Source of the DNA: Malacoraja senta
Lineage: Eukaryota
NCBI GenBank assembly: GCA_038087875.1
Contig: JAXLNO010000306.1
Location: 1 to 64,000, forward strand
DNA length: 64,000 nt
Direction: 5' to 3'
Notes under the pieces: model-generated
What the model was told of the DNA's origin: nothing
Seen by the model: the letters and a program-made list of their open reading frames with translations, nothing else
Database searches by the model: none
Made by a program: the position numbers and the translations under genes
Shown here: one piece after another, positions 26,366 through 39,159 of the stretch
Numbering within the stretch: the stretch's first letter is position 1
Layout: each line of letters begins with the position of its first letter

Positions 26366-28040
26366 AATTCAAAACTCTTTAGATTCTGGAGTAGGTCCTG
26401 AGGATTGGAGGGTAGCTAATGTAACCCCACTTTTTAAAAAGGGAGGGAGAGAGAAAACGGGGAATTACAGACCAGTTAGTCTAACATCGGTAGTGGGGAA
26501 ACTGCTAGAGTCAGTTATTAAAGATGGGATAGCAGCACATTTGGAAAATGGTGAAATCATTGGACAAAGTCAGCATGGATTTATGAAAGGTAAATCATGT
26601 CTGACAAATCTTATAGAATTTTTCGAGGATGTAACTAGTAGAGTGGATAAGGGAGAACCAGTGGATGTGTTATATCTGGACTTTCAGAAGGCTATCGACA
26701 AGGTCCCACATAAGAGATTGGTATACAAACTTAAAGCACACGGTATTGGGGGTTCAGTATTGATGTGGATAGAGAACTGCCTGGCAGACAGGAAGCAAAG
26801 AGTAGGAGTAAATGGGTCCTTTTCAGAATGGCAGGCAGTGACTAGTGGGGTACCGCAAGGCTCAATGCTGGGACCCCAGCTATTTACAATATATATTAAT
26901 GATTTGGACGAGGGAATTGAATGCAACATCTCTAATTTTGCGGATGACACGAACCCGGGGGGCAGTGTTAGCTGTGAGGAGGGTGCTAGGAGGCTGCAAG
27001 ATGACTTGTATAATAATAATAATATATTTTATTTACATAGCGCTTTTCAGGACTGGGTGAGTGGGCAAATGCATGGCAGATGCAGTATAATGTGGATAAA
27101 TGTGAGGTTATCCACTTTGGTGGCAAAAACAGGAAAGTAGACTATTACCTGAATGGTGGCCGATTAGGAAAAGGGGAGAAGCAACGAGACCTGGGTGTCA
27201 TGCTACACCAGTCATTGAAAGTAGGCATGCCTGTGCAGCAGGCAGTGAAGAAAGCAAATGGTATGTTAGCATTCATAGCAAAAGGATTTGAGTATAGGAG
27301 CAGGGAGGTTCTACTGCAGTTGTACAGGGTCTTGGTGAGACCACACCTGGAGTATTGCGTTCAGTTTGGTCTCCTAATCTGAGGAAGGACATTCTTGCCA
27401 TAGAGGGAGTACAGAGAAGGTTCACCAGACTGATTCCTGGGATGTCAGGACTTTCATATGAAGAAAGACTGGATAGACTCGGCTTGTACTCGCTAGAATT
27501 TAGAAGATTGAGGGGGGATCTTATAGAAACTTACAAAATACTTAAGGGGTTGGACAGGCTAGATGCAGGAAGATTGTTCCTGATGTTGGGGAAGTCCAGA
27601 ACAAGGGGTCACAGTTTAAGGATAAAGGGAAAATCTTTTAGGACTGAGATGAGAAAAACATTTTTTACACAGAGAGTAGTGGATCTCTGGAATTCTCTGC
27701 CACAGAATGTAGTTGAGGCCAATTCATTGGCTATATTTAAGAGGGAGTTAGATGTGGCCCTTGTGGCTAAAGGGATCAGGGGGTATGGAGAGAAGGCAGG
27801 TACAGGTCTGAAGAACGGTTTCGGCCCGAAACGTTGCCTATTTCCTTCGCTCCATAGCAGCTGCTGCACCCGCTGAGTTTGTCCAGCATTTTTGTGTACC
27901 TTTGATTTTCCAGCATCTGCAGTTCCTTCTTTAACAGGTACAGGACACTGAGTTGGATGATCAGCCATGATGATATTGAATGGCGGTGCAGGCTCGAAGG
28001 GCCGAATGGCCTACTCCTGCACCTATTTTCTATGTTTCTA
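26366..28040 (+). mobile_element. CR1-type LINE, 5'-truncated RT
   Basis: [39 protein letters not shown]. 3' end cctactcctgcacctattttctatgtttctatg. Small inserts at ~27009 and 27807. Confidence 0.95.
27807..27934 (+). mobile_element. Short Penelope-derived insert with hammerhead-like core
   Basis: Flanked by caggtacagg duplication (27797-27806 / 27935-27944); begins tctgaagaacggtttcggcccgaaacgtt. Confidence 0.8.
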
Positions 28041-28254
28041 TGCATGTCAACCTAGTATCATAAAAACAACTGCTGTATGAACTCAGGTGGTAGAGGAACA
28101 ACTTTGTAAGAAGGAACTGCAGATACTGGTTTACACTGAAGATAGACACAAAATGCTGGAGTAACTCAGTGGGTCATGCAGCATTTCTGGCAAAAAGAAA
28201 TAGGTGACATTTCAGGTTGAGACCCTTCCTCACATCTTCAAGAGTCAAGAGTGT

Positions 28255-29005
28255 TATAGACAATAGGTGCAGGAGTAGGCCATTTGGTCCTTCGAGCCAG
28301 CACCGCCATTCAATGTGACCATGGCTGATCATCCCCAATCAGTACCCCATTCCTGCCTTCTCCCCATATCCCCTGACTCCGCTATTTTTAAGAGCCCTAT
28401 CTAGCTCTCCCTTGAAAGCATCCAGAGAACCTGCCTCCACCGCCCTCTGAGGCAGAGAATTCCACAGACTCACCACTCTCTCTGAGAAAAGGTATTTCCT
28501 CGTCTCCGTTCTAAATGGCTTACTCCTTATTCTTAAACTGTGGCACCTGGTTCTGGACTCCCCCAACATCGGGAACATGTTTCCTGCCTCTAGCGTGTCC
28601 AAGCCCTTAACAATCTTATATGTTTCAATGAGATATCCTCTCATCCTTCTAAACTCCAGAGTGTACAAGCCCAGCTGCTCCATTCTCTCATCATATGACA
28701 GTCCCGCCATCCCGGGAATTAACTTTGTAAACCTAGGCTGCACTCCCTCAATAGCAAGAATGTCCTTCCTCAAATTAGGGGACCAAAACTGCACACAATA
28801 CTGCAGGTGTGGTCTCACTAGGGCTCTGTCCAACTGCAGAAGGACCTCTTTGCTCCTATATTCGATTCCTCTTGTTATAAAGGCCAACATGCCATTCGCT
28901 TTCTTCACTGCCTGCTGTATCTGCATGCTTACTTTCATAGACTGATGTACAAGGACCCCCAGATCCCGTTGTACTTCCCCTTTTCCCAACTTGACGCCAG
29001 TTAGA
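28255..29005 (-). mobile_element. CR1-type LINE 3' fragment
   Basis: ORF 28339-29061: RDLGVLVHQS...RPHLQYCVQFWSP...LWNSLP. Confidence 0.9.
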
Positions 29006-29274
29006 TAGTGTTTTATTGTCATATGTCCCAGATAGGACAATGAAATTCTTACTTGCTGCACAACAGAAGGGAATGAAATTTGGAGGGAATTAAATTTTTC
29101 ACAATTATTTTTAACTGGTACAGTAAGTTACTTCTATTATTCATAAACTATTTGCTGGAGTATGTAGTAATATTTTCAAAACAATATTTGAAATGGCATA
29201 AGACCAAGACTGCATGCAAAGTCATCTTCTGATACAGTTTAGGATTTGGCAGGAAATGCTAAAAAATATGGTTA

Positions 29275-29532
29275 GGCACAGTGGTTTTACAGCGCAAGGG
29301 ACCCGGGTTTGATTCTGACTACGGTTTCTGTCTGCATGGAGTTTGTACGTACTTCCCATGACAGGCGCAGGTTTCCTCCGGGTGCTCCAGTTGACATATC
29401 AATTGGCTCAGTAAAATTCTAAATTCTCCCAAGTGTGCATAGAATAGTGATAGTGTGCGGGGATCGCTGGTCGGCGTGGATTCGGTGGGCTGAAGGACCT
29501 GTTTCTGCACTGTATCTCTGAATTAAACTAAA
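29275..29532 (+). mobile_element. SINE
   Basis: SINE head, partial core and ctgtatctctgaattaaactaaa tail. Confidence 0.7.
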
Positions 29533-30454
29533 TACCCAGAAAGCAAGGAAAAGTTCAAGCTTAAGGAGAGGAAATCTGAATTCACGTTCTAGACCTTCAT
29601 CATTTAATTTGGCAACTAAATTGTTGCAACTCTATTTACCTCCACAGATGCTGTTGGATCATTTCCAGCATGTTATATTTCTGTGTCAAGTTTATAGCAC
29701 CACATCATTATTTTACCTTATTTTCCACTGAAAACGGAAAGGTTGTTTGGTAAATTTGTAATGTAATCATAGCCTAGAACATGGGTCTTTTGCTGATTAA
29801 TATTGAGAGTCGAGTCCAGCAATACATTCCTCAGGGCTTGAGCAATTGTGCTCTTGACCTGCTGTGAATTTATCAGAGAGAAGAGTAAGGATGTGTAAAA
29901 GTGTAGTTATGCCGGCTGAAGTATGTACATTTTGAGATGGTAGAGAAAATGGGACTATTAATCACTTCTGTTCAGAAGACATTTAACAAGGTTACACTTA
30001 AAGTGTTTATAAACATTTGTGAGGTCGGATCAGGTTATTTGACTGGAAGGTAATTTTCCCCAAGTGAATGTGGGTGGTGGGAAAATTGAGAGAGGAGGGA
30101 AGTTCATTGGAATATGAGATTTACATGGAAACATAGAAAATACTGTAGGTGCAGGAGTAGGGCATTCGTCCCTTCGAGCCAGCACCGCTATTCAATATGA
30201 TCATAGCTGATCATCCAAAATCAGTACTCCGTTCCTGCTTTTTAGAGCTAAATCTAACTCTATCTTGAAAACATCCAGTGAATTGGCTCCACTGCCTTCT
30301 GTGGCAGAGAATACCACAGATATACAACTCTCTGGGTGAAAAAGTTTTTCCTTATCTCATTCCTAAATGGTCTACTGCTTATTTTTAAACTATGACGCAA
30401 GTTTCTGTGTTCGATGACTTTATTCTCCTCAGTGATTTGATACTCACGTTAATA

Positions 30455-30762
30455 GTTTAGTTTAGAGATATAGAGCAGAAACAGGCCCTTTGGCCCACCG
30501 AGGCTGCACCGGCCAGCGATTCCCGCACCTTAACGCTACCCTACACACAGACTGGGACAATTTAATATTTACACCAAGCCCATTAACCTATAAACATGTA
30601 CGTCTTTGGAGTGTGGGAGGAAATCGATGGTCTTGGAGAAAACGCATGCAGGTCACAGGGAGAACGTACAAACTCCATACAGACAGCACCTAGAGTCAGG
30701 ATCGAACCCGGGTCTCTGGCACTGTGAAGCAGTTGCTCTACCTCTACTGCTCCGTGCCACCC
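30455..30762 (-). mobile_element. tRNA-derived SINE
   Basis: Reverse complement of the SINE consensus including the GGTTCGATCC B box. Confidence 0.8.
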
Positions 30763-30924
30763 ATAATAGTGCTGCCCAAAAGTCAAGAGAGTTTTATTGT
30801 CATGTGTCCCAGATAGGACAATGAATTCTTGCTTGCTGCAGCACAACAGAATATGTGAACATAATACAGAGATAAAAGTTCAGTGTGTCTATATACCATA
30901 GGCCATATATATATATATATATAA

Positions 30925-33900
30925 CTAGACCAAGTGCAGACCCGTTGGGTCTGGACCCGAAAGTGCTTGACATCCGGGGTGTTTTTCCCGAACGTGCTTC
31001 AGACCTCGGGGTGAAAATCTGCGGAAAAAAGATGGCGTCGTTTTCGGAAAAAATTGGAGAAAATCGGCGAAAAAAAGATGGCGTCGTTTCGGAGCAAATC
31101 GGAGAAAAAAGATGGCGTCGTTTTCGGAGAAAATCACATGGGGGTGGGGGGGGGGTGGATTTTATTAAAAACGTGTACATAAACAGGACCGAATTTAATC
31201 AGGAGTGTCTATTCGTAAAGATAAATGTCATCTCTTTGGAAATGGTAAAAAAATATGGGCCTTTCCACGCGCTGTGTGGGCAGGGGCGGTATCAAAGGCG
31301 GCGTACGGACGTACAGACGTACAGACGGACGACAGCCAGAGAGTTTTAAAAGTATACTAGACCAAGTGCAGACCCGTTGGGTCTGGTCCCCGAAAGTGCT
31401 TGACACCCAGGGGTGTTGTTCCCGAACGTGATTTAGACCCCGGGGGTGAAAATCGGTTGAAAAAAGATGGCGTAGTTTTAAAAAAAATCGGAGGGATTCT
31501 GGGAAAAAAAGATGGCGTCGTTTTTGGCGAAATTCGGCGAAAAAAAGATGGCGTCGTTGTCTTTGAAATCGGAGACAATCGGAGAAAATCACATTGGGGT
31601 TGGGGGGGGGATGGATGACACCCCGGGGTGTTGTTCCCGAACGTGCTTCAGACCCGTTGGTGAAAATCGTCGAAAAAAAGATGGCGTCGTTTTTTGAAAA
31701 ATTCGGGAACAAAAAGATGGCGTCGTTTTCGGAGAAAATCGGAGACATTCGGAGAAAATCACATTTGGGTTGGGGGGGGGATGGATTTTATTAAAAAACG
31801 TGTACATAAACAGGACAGAATTTAATCAGGAGTGGCTATTCGTAAAGATAAATGTCATCTCTTTGGAAATGCCGAAAAAGGTGGGCCTTTCCGCGCGCCG
31901 TGTGGGCCAGGGGCCGTATCAAAGGCCGCGCGGCAAAGTCAAGCAGGCCGTCGGACGTACAGACGGACGACACACACAGAGTTTTAAAAGTATATAGATA
32001 GATAGACTAGACCAAGTGCAGACCCGTTGGGTCTGGACACCGAACGTGCGTTTGTGGGGGGGGGCGGGGGAAGGCTGTGGCGTCACACTAATCACCCCCT
32101 TTCCTCCAAAGCACGTAATCCGGCACCCACAAACACACAAACTCATCACACCCCTTGATATTATTTTAATTTTTTAATTTGCTTCTTTTATCCCATCTCC
32201 ACCCTATCCACTGACGAATAGCCCTCACCTCTCAGATGCGTCTAGAGGTGTTGGGGCAGAGGGAAAATTAAATGTTAGAAAAAAAAAATTTGAAGAGGGG
32301 GAGGAGGAGGGTCGAGAGGAAGGGGGAGAGAGGAGAGAGGAGAGGGGTGGAGAGAGGAAAGAGAGGATGGGGAGAGAGGTGAAGGGGGGGGTAGGAGCGG
32401 GCGTGCATGAGTCGAGTCGTGGGCTGTGAAGAGAGAAGGGCAGAGAGAGAGAGAGATGGGAGAGACAGAGAGACAGGTACACAAAAAAAATGCTTGAGAA
32501 ACACAGCGGGTGCAGCAGCATCTATTGAGCGAAGGAAATAGGCAACGCTTTGGGCCGAAGCCCATCCTCAGACTGGTTTTCTACCGAAACGTTGCCTATT
32601 TACTTCGATCCATAGATGCTGCTGCACTCGTGATGATATACAGTTTTTTTTGTGTACCTTCGATTTTCCAGCATCTGTAATTCCGTCTTAAGACAGAGAG
32701 ACTGTTGGCGGGCTGTTTTCCCAATGCGCGTTTGCGGGAGGGTGGGTGGGCTGCCGCATCACACTCACACTAACCACCGCCCAAACTCACACTAACCACC
32801 CCCAAACACACTCGGGGGGATGGGTGAGGGGGGAGAGGAAGACGGGGTGGGGGAGAGAAGAGGGGAGAGGAAGACGGGGTGGGGAGAGAAGAGGAGAGGG
32901 GGAAGGAGGGTGGAGAGGAAGGGGGAGAGAGGAGAGGGGTGAAGAGAGGAAAGAGAGGATAGGGAGAGAGGTGAAGGGGGGGGGGGTTGGAGCGGGCGTG
33001 CATGAGTTGAGCCGCGGGCTGTGAAGAGAGAAGGGCAGAGAGAGAGAGAGAGAGACTGGTACACAAAAAAAATCTGGAGAAACACAGCAGGTGCAGCATC
33101 TATGGAGCGAAGGAAATAGGCAACGCTTTGGGTCGAAGCCCATCCTCAGAATGGTTTTCTACCGAAACGTTGCATATTTTCTTTGATCCATAGATGCTGC
33201 TGAACCCGCTGATGATATACAGTTTTTTTTTTGTGTGCCTTCGATTTTCCAGCATCTGCAGTTCCGTCTTAAAGACAGAGAGACTGTTGGCGGGCTGTTT
33301 TCCCAACGCGCGTTTCCAGGAGGGGGGGGCTGCGGCATCACACTCACACTAACCACCCCCCAAACTCACACTAACCACCCCCAACACACTCGGGGGGATG
33401 GGGTGAGGGGGGAGAGGAAGACGGGGTGGGGAGAGAAGAGGGGAGAGGGAGACGGGGTGGGGAGAGAAGAGGAGAGGGGGTGGGAGGGGAGAGGGGAAGA
33501 GGAAAGGGGGAGAGATTGGGGAGGGAGAGGAGATCAGGGTGGGTGAGAGGGAGGGGGAGGAGAGTTTGGAGTGGGAGGAGAGCGGGGAGGGCAGGAAGGG
33601 GAGAGAGGGGAGAGGGGGGAGGGGATGAGGGGAAGGGGAGAGGAGTAGGGGGAAGAGAGGGAGAGAGGGAGGGGGAGGGAGAGAGGTGGGGGAGGGAGAG
33701 GGGAACAGTGGGGAGTGAGGGGCAGAGGGGTAGCGGGGAGTGGTGCAAGAGAGAGGTGAAGGGGGTGGGGGGGAATTGGGGGTGAAGAGGGTGGTGGAGG
33801 GGGAAGAGAGGGGGTGGGAGGGGAGGGAGGGGGAGAGGAGAGAGGGGGAAGAGTGGGGAGGGAGAGTTGAAATAGGAGGGGTAGGGACAGTCCATCTGTT

Positions 33901-36563
33901 TCCCATTCCCTATCACCCCCAATCCTCTTTCTCTATTGCCACAAACGTGACGATGCCCTTCGACACAGGCTGCGGGGGTGGGGGGGGGGGAGGGGCTGGG
34001 GCTGTGGCTGCTGCAAAGGCATATGTAAACGGATTCATTCCGATTGGACATCTGTGAGCATTGTGCATTGTGACATCACACAACGTAATCTTTACTAACA
34101 TTCTATGGCTGAGCTGTTTTTTTTTTAACATTTTGAAATGTTTGGTTTGGGGGGGGAGAGGTATTTTATTTTAAAAACTGTACATAAACACGACCATATT
34201 TAATCAGGATTGTCTATTCGTAAAGATAAACGTAATCTCTTTAGAAACGGTAAAAAAATATCGGCGTTTGCATGTGCTGTGTGGGCCTAGAGCGGTATCA
34301 AATGGGATTTGTGACACGTCAGGCGGATGGCAGACACAAATCAGGCAGACCAAGTGCAGACCCGTTGGGTCTGGACACCGAACGTGCGTTTGGGGCGGGG
34401 GCTGTGACGTCACACTAACCACCCGTTGGGTCTGTACCTCCAAAGCAGGGTTGCGGGGTGTGAATCTGGCACCCACAAACACACACACTCATCACACCCC
34501 TTGATATTATATTAATATTTTAATTTTCTTCTTTTATTCCATCTCCACCCTATCCACTGACGAATAGCCATCACCTCTCAGGTGCGTCTCGAGGCGGGGG
34601 TGGTGCAGAGAGCGAAAATTTAAAGTTAGAAAAAAAAATTGTGAGGTGGGGGAGGAGGAGGGTTGAGAGGAAGGGGGTGAGGAAGGTGGGGAGAGAGGAG
34701 AGGGGTGGAGAGAGGAAGAAGAGGATGGGGGAGAGAGGTGAAGGGGGTGGGTTGGAGCAGGCGTGCATGAGTTGAGCCGCGGGCTGTGAAGAGAGAATGG
34801 CAGAGAGAGAGAGAGAGGGGAGAGACAGATAGACTGGTACACACAATAAAACTCGAGAAACACTGCGGGTGCAGCAGCATCTATGGAGTGAAGGAAATAG
34901 GCAATGCTTTGGCGGAAACCCATCCTCAGACGGGTTTTTTTCACGAAACGTTGTCTATTTCTTTTGATATAGATGCTGCTGCACCCGCTGAGGTTATGAA
35001 GCATTTTTTTGTGTACCTTTGATTTTCAAGCATCTGCAGTTCTGTCTTAAAGACAGAGAGACTGTTGGCGGGCTGTTTTCCCAACGCGCGTTTGCGGGAG
35101 GGGGGGGGGGCTGCGGCATCACACTCACACTAACCACCCCCCAAACACAGGCGGGGGAGGGGTGGAGAGGAAGACGTGGTGGGGAGAGAAGAGGGGAGAG
35201 GGAGACGGGGTCGGGAGAGAAGAGGAGATGGGGAGGGAGAGGAGAGGGGGAAGAGGAAAGGGGAGAGATTGGGGAGGGAGAGGAGATCAGGGTGGGTGAG
35301 AGGGAGGGGGAGGAGAGTGGGGAGTGGGAGGAGAGCGGGGAGGGCAGGAAAGGGGGAGAGGGGGGGGAGGGGATGAGGGGGGAGGGGATGAGGGGGAAGA
35401 GGAGTAGGGGGAAGAGAGGGAGAGAGGGAGGGGGAGGGAGAGAGGTGGGGTAGGGAGAGGGGAACAGTGGGGAGTGAGGGGCAGAGGGGTAACGGGGAGT
35501 GGTGCAAGAGAGAGGTGAAGGGGTGGGTGGGAGATGGGGGTGAAGAGGGGTGGTGGAGGGGGAAGAGAGGGTGTGGGAGGGGAGGGAGGGGGAGAGGAGA
35601 GAGGGGGAAGAGTGGGGAGGGAGAGTTGAATTAGGAGGGGTAGGGACAGTCCATCTGTTACCCATTCCCTATCACCCCCAATCCTCTTTCTCTATAGCCA
35701 CACACGTGACGACGCCCTTCGACACAGGCTGCGGGGGTGGGGGGAGGGGCTGGTGCTGTTGCTGCTGCAAAGGCATATGTAAATTGGTTCATTTCGATTG
35801 GACATCTTTGAGCATTGGGCATTGTGACATCACAAAACGGAACCTTCATTAACATTCTATTGCTGAGAGCTGTTTATTTAACATTTTGAAATTTCCCCAT
35901 TCCCTATTCCCCCACACACGTGGCGACGCCTTTCGACACAGGCTGTGGGGTTGGGGGGGAGGGGCTTGGGCTGTGGGTGCTGCAAAGGCATATGTAAACG
36001 GATTCATTTCGATTTGTCACACGTGTCGCAGGGCGTCACCACATGTGTGGGGGTGATAGGGAATGGGGAAATTTCAAAATGTTAAACAAACAGCTCTCAG
36101 CAATAGAATGTAAATGAAGGTTCCGTTTTGTGATGTCACAATGCCCAATGCTGCGGGGGTTGGGGGGGAGGGGCCGGGGCTGGGGCCGCTGCAAAGGCAT
36201 ATGTAAATGGTTCCATTCCGATTGGACATCTGTGACCATTGTGCATTGTGACATCACACAACGGAATCTTTACTAACATTCTACGGCTGAGCTGTTTTTT
36301 AAAACATTTTGAAATGTTTGGTTTGGGGGGGGGAGAGGTATTTTATTTTGAAAAGCGTACCTAAACATGACCAAATGTAATCAGGATCATCTATTCGTAA
36401 AGATAAACGTAACCTCTTTAGAAACGGTAAAAAAATATCGGCGTTTCCGCGCGCCGCACGGGCGCGGGGCAGTATCAAAGGCGGGACAAGTCAAGCAGAA
36501 CGTTGGACGTACAGACGTACAGACGTACAGACGGACGACAGCCAGAGAGTTTTATATAATAGA
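30925..36563 (-). mobile_element. Head-to-tail array of four non-autonomous Helitrons
   Basis: Each unit has the minus-strand 3' hairpin CAGACCC-aac-GGGTCTG followed by cacttggtCTAG (30925, 31357, 32007; degenerate at 34345). TC-type 5' ends at ~31998 (TCTATATACTTTTAAAACTC) and 36563 (TCTATTATATAAAACTC). Confidence 0.85.
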
Positions 36564-36584
36564 ATAGATAGAAGATAGATAGAT

Positions 36585-37380
36585 ACACAATAAATAAACA
36601 TATAAATTGCAATAGGCTGTTATTGTTCAGAGTTTGTTTGATGTCGTGTTTAATTGCCTGATGGCTGTGGGGAAGTAGCTGTTCTTGAACCTGGATATTC
36701 CAGATTTCAAGCTCCTGCACCTTCTTCCCGGTGGCAATGGAGAGATGAGTGTGTGGCCAGGATGGTGTGGGTCTTTGATGATGTTGGCAGACATTTTGAG
36801 GCAGCGACTGCGATGGGTCCCTTCGATGGAAGGGAGGTCAGAGCCGAAGATGGACTGAGCAGTAGTCACAACTTTCTTCATTCTTTTCCGCTCCTGGACG
36901 TTCAAGTTGCCGAACCAAGCCACAATGCAACCAGTCAGCATGCTCTCTACTGTGCACCTGTAGAAGTCCGAGAGAGACCTCCTTGACATACCAACTCTCC
37001 GTAATTTTCTCAGGAAGTAGAGGCGCTGCTGTGCCTTCTTTATGATTGCATCAGTGTGCTGGGACCTGGAAAGATCTTTGGAAATATGCACGCCCAGGAA
37101 TTGGAAGTTCTTGACCCTTTCCACCATCGTCCCGGGATATAAACGGGATTGTGGGTTCCTATCCTACCTCTTCCAAAGTCCACAATCAGTTCCTTGGTTT
37201 TACTGGTGTTGAGGGCCGGGTTATTGAGCTGGCACCATTTGGTCAATCGGTCGATCTCACTAATATACTCTGACTCATCACCATCAGTGATTCGTCCCAC
37301 AACAGTGGTGTTGTCGGCAAACTTGATGATGGAGTTCGGACTACGTCGGGCTACGCAGTCATGAGTTTAGAGTGAGTACA
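36585..37380 (-). mobile_element. Rex1/Babar-type LINE 3' part (tail continues at 30780-30922)
   Basis: FADNTTV, QFLGVHIS, AQQRLYFLRKLRR, FKNSYFP. The 3' UTR is split by the Helitron array. Confidence 0.9.
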
Positions 37381-37764
37381 GAAGAACAGTTTTCTTGTTT
37401 TTCAGTCATCAATATTCTCACTAGAATGGGCCATCAAAAAGTACTTCCTGTGGAAAAAGTTCAGTAACTTGGGGGAAAAAGATTTAAACTAATTGGTCAA
37501 CTAAATTGTAAAGGACAATGTAAAAATAATACACATGAACTAGTTCAAAGAGCTGCCTTGCCTCAGCCACTGAATGCTGCCGAGTGGTGTATTGTGGAAT
37601 ACTTTGTAGGATTGCATGGAATAAAAATATACATCAATCATAATTAATTTAAATGGCACAGAGGATGCCAGGTTTTATTTACACTCTATTTGTAAACACA
37701 GAACAATGCTGCACAAGGCAGGATGTACAGGAAGGAACTGCTGATGCTGGTTAAAACTCTCCAG

Positions 37765-38449
37765 TGAGTCCCTCAGCCCGTACTCCTGCAGACTGGAATG
37801 GACAGATGATGTTTTGGGTCAGACGCTTCTTCAGACTGATTGTAATAGAAAGCTGAAAAAGAGATGTGGGGCTGGGACAAAGCCTGGCAAGTGATACAGG
37901 TGATAAGACACAAAAAGCTGGAGTAACTCAGCGGAGCAGGCAACTTCTCTGGAGAGAAGGAATGGGTGATGTTTCGGATCGAGACCCTTCTTCAGACCCT
38001 TTGTCTCCTTTTCACCTCTAGCCGTTGCCACTTACTCCACCCGTCTATTTATCAAAATCCGTTCTCTAGTCGCACCAGCTTCTCGTTTTCACCCAACAAA
38101 TAAATAACAATGGCCTGTTTCCTTTATCATCGTTACTTTTTTGCATATCTTTCATTCATTGTTCTTTATCTCTCTACATCATTTTCTATATCTCTTGTTT
38201 CCCTTATCCCCAACTAGTCTGAAGAAGAATCTCGACCTGAAAAGTCACCCATTCGTTCTCTCCAGAGATGCTGCCTGTCCCACTGAGTTACTCCAGCATT
38301 TTATGTCTTATCACCTGTATCACTTGCCAGGCTTTGTCCCAGCCCCACATCTCTTTTTCAGCTTTCTATTACAATCAGTCTGAAGAAGCGTCTGACCCAA
38401 AACATCATCTGTCCATTCCAGATTGCAGGAGTACGTGCTGAGGGACTCA
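37765..38449. repeat. Long inverted repeat of Penelope-derived modules
   Basis: Arms ~37765-37997 and ~38217-38449; the outer ~140 bp are nearly identical. Confidence 0.9.
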
Positions 38450-39159
38450 ATGAAGCTTGATGCAGCCAGCACCAAGGCTCAGTGCAGGTCTACAGTCAAG
38501 GGTCCTTCGTGGCAATACATTGGGGGGCTGCATCTGGTGAAGACGCCCCTCAAACAAGGGAAGGGCTATTAACCCAGGAGGGCTATACAAGTGGCAAAGG
38601 TGCTTGATATAAGGATAGTTTGTGAACACAACCAAAAATAACCGTAATTAATCCATGTGTGGACACTGAGAATGGCAGAAAAGTTTTTTGCACTGTTCTT
38701 GTTTTGTATATATTTCATTATTCTGAATAATGTTTATTTTTGGCGGGGATAAAATCCCTCCAGATATTACCTGACCTGCTGAGTTTCTGCAGCCCTTTGT
38801 GTTTTGCAGTGAATAGTATATATGATGTGGATGTGAATATTGGTGGTTTGATTAGTAGGTTTGCAGATGACATGTACATTGATGGATTCATAAACATTGA
38901 AGAAGGTTGTCTATGGATCCAGTGGGATACAGATTAGCTAGAGAGCTGCTGGATGGAGCAATAACAGAAGGAATGTAATCCAGACATGTGTGAAGTTGTG
39001 CGTGTCGGCATGTCATGTTCTGGTAGGACATAAACGGTAAGAACCCGAGGGGTGTTAATATACAGAGTGTCCTTGGGTTGCAAGTTCATAGTTACCTGAA
39101 AACGCCGACAAAGGTAGACAGGAAAGCAAAAAATGCACTTTGGCATGTTTGTCCACTTA

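Noticed and set aside
31020..31760. CRISPR-like spaced repeats (aaaagatggcgtcgtttt)
   Set aside because: Spacers are short and mutually similar, there are no cas genes, the context is eukaryotic, and the repeats lie within Helitron units.
33349..35665. Long Pro/Ser/Leu-rich or Gly/Glu/Arg-rich ORFs (also 57111-57664 and 61396-62404)
   Set aside because: Artefacts of purine/pyrimidine low-complexity tracts that lack stop codons; open in several frames.
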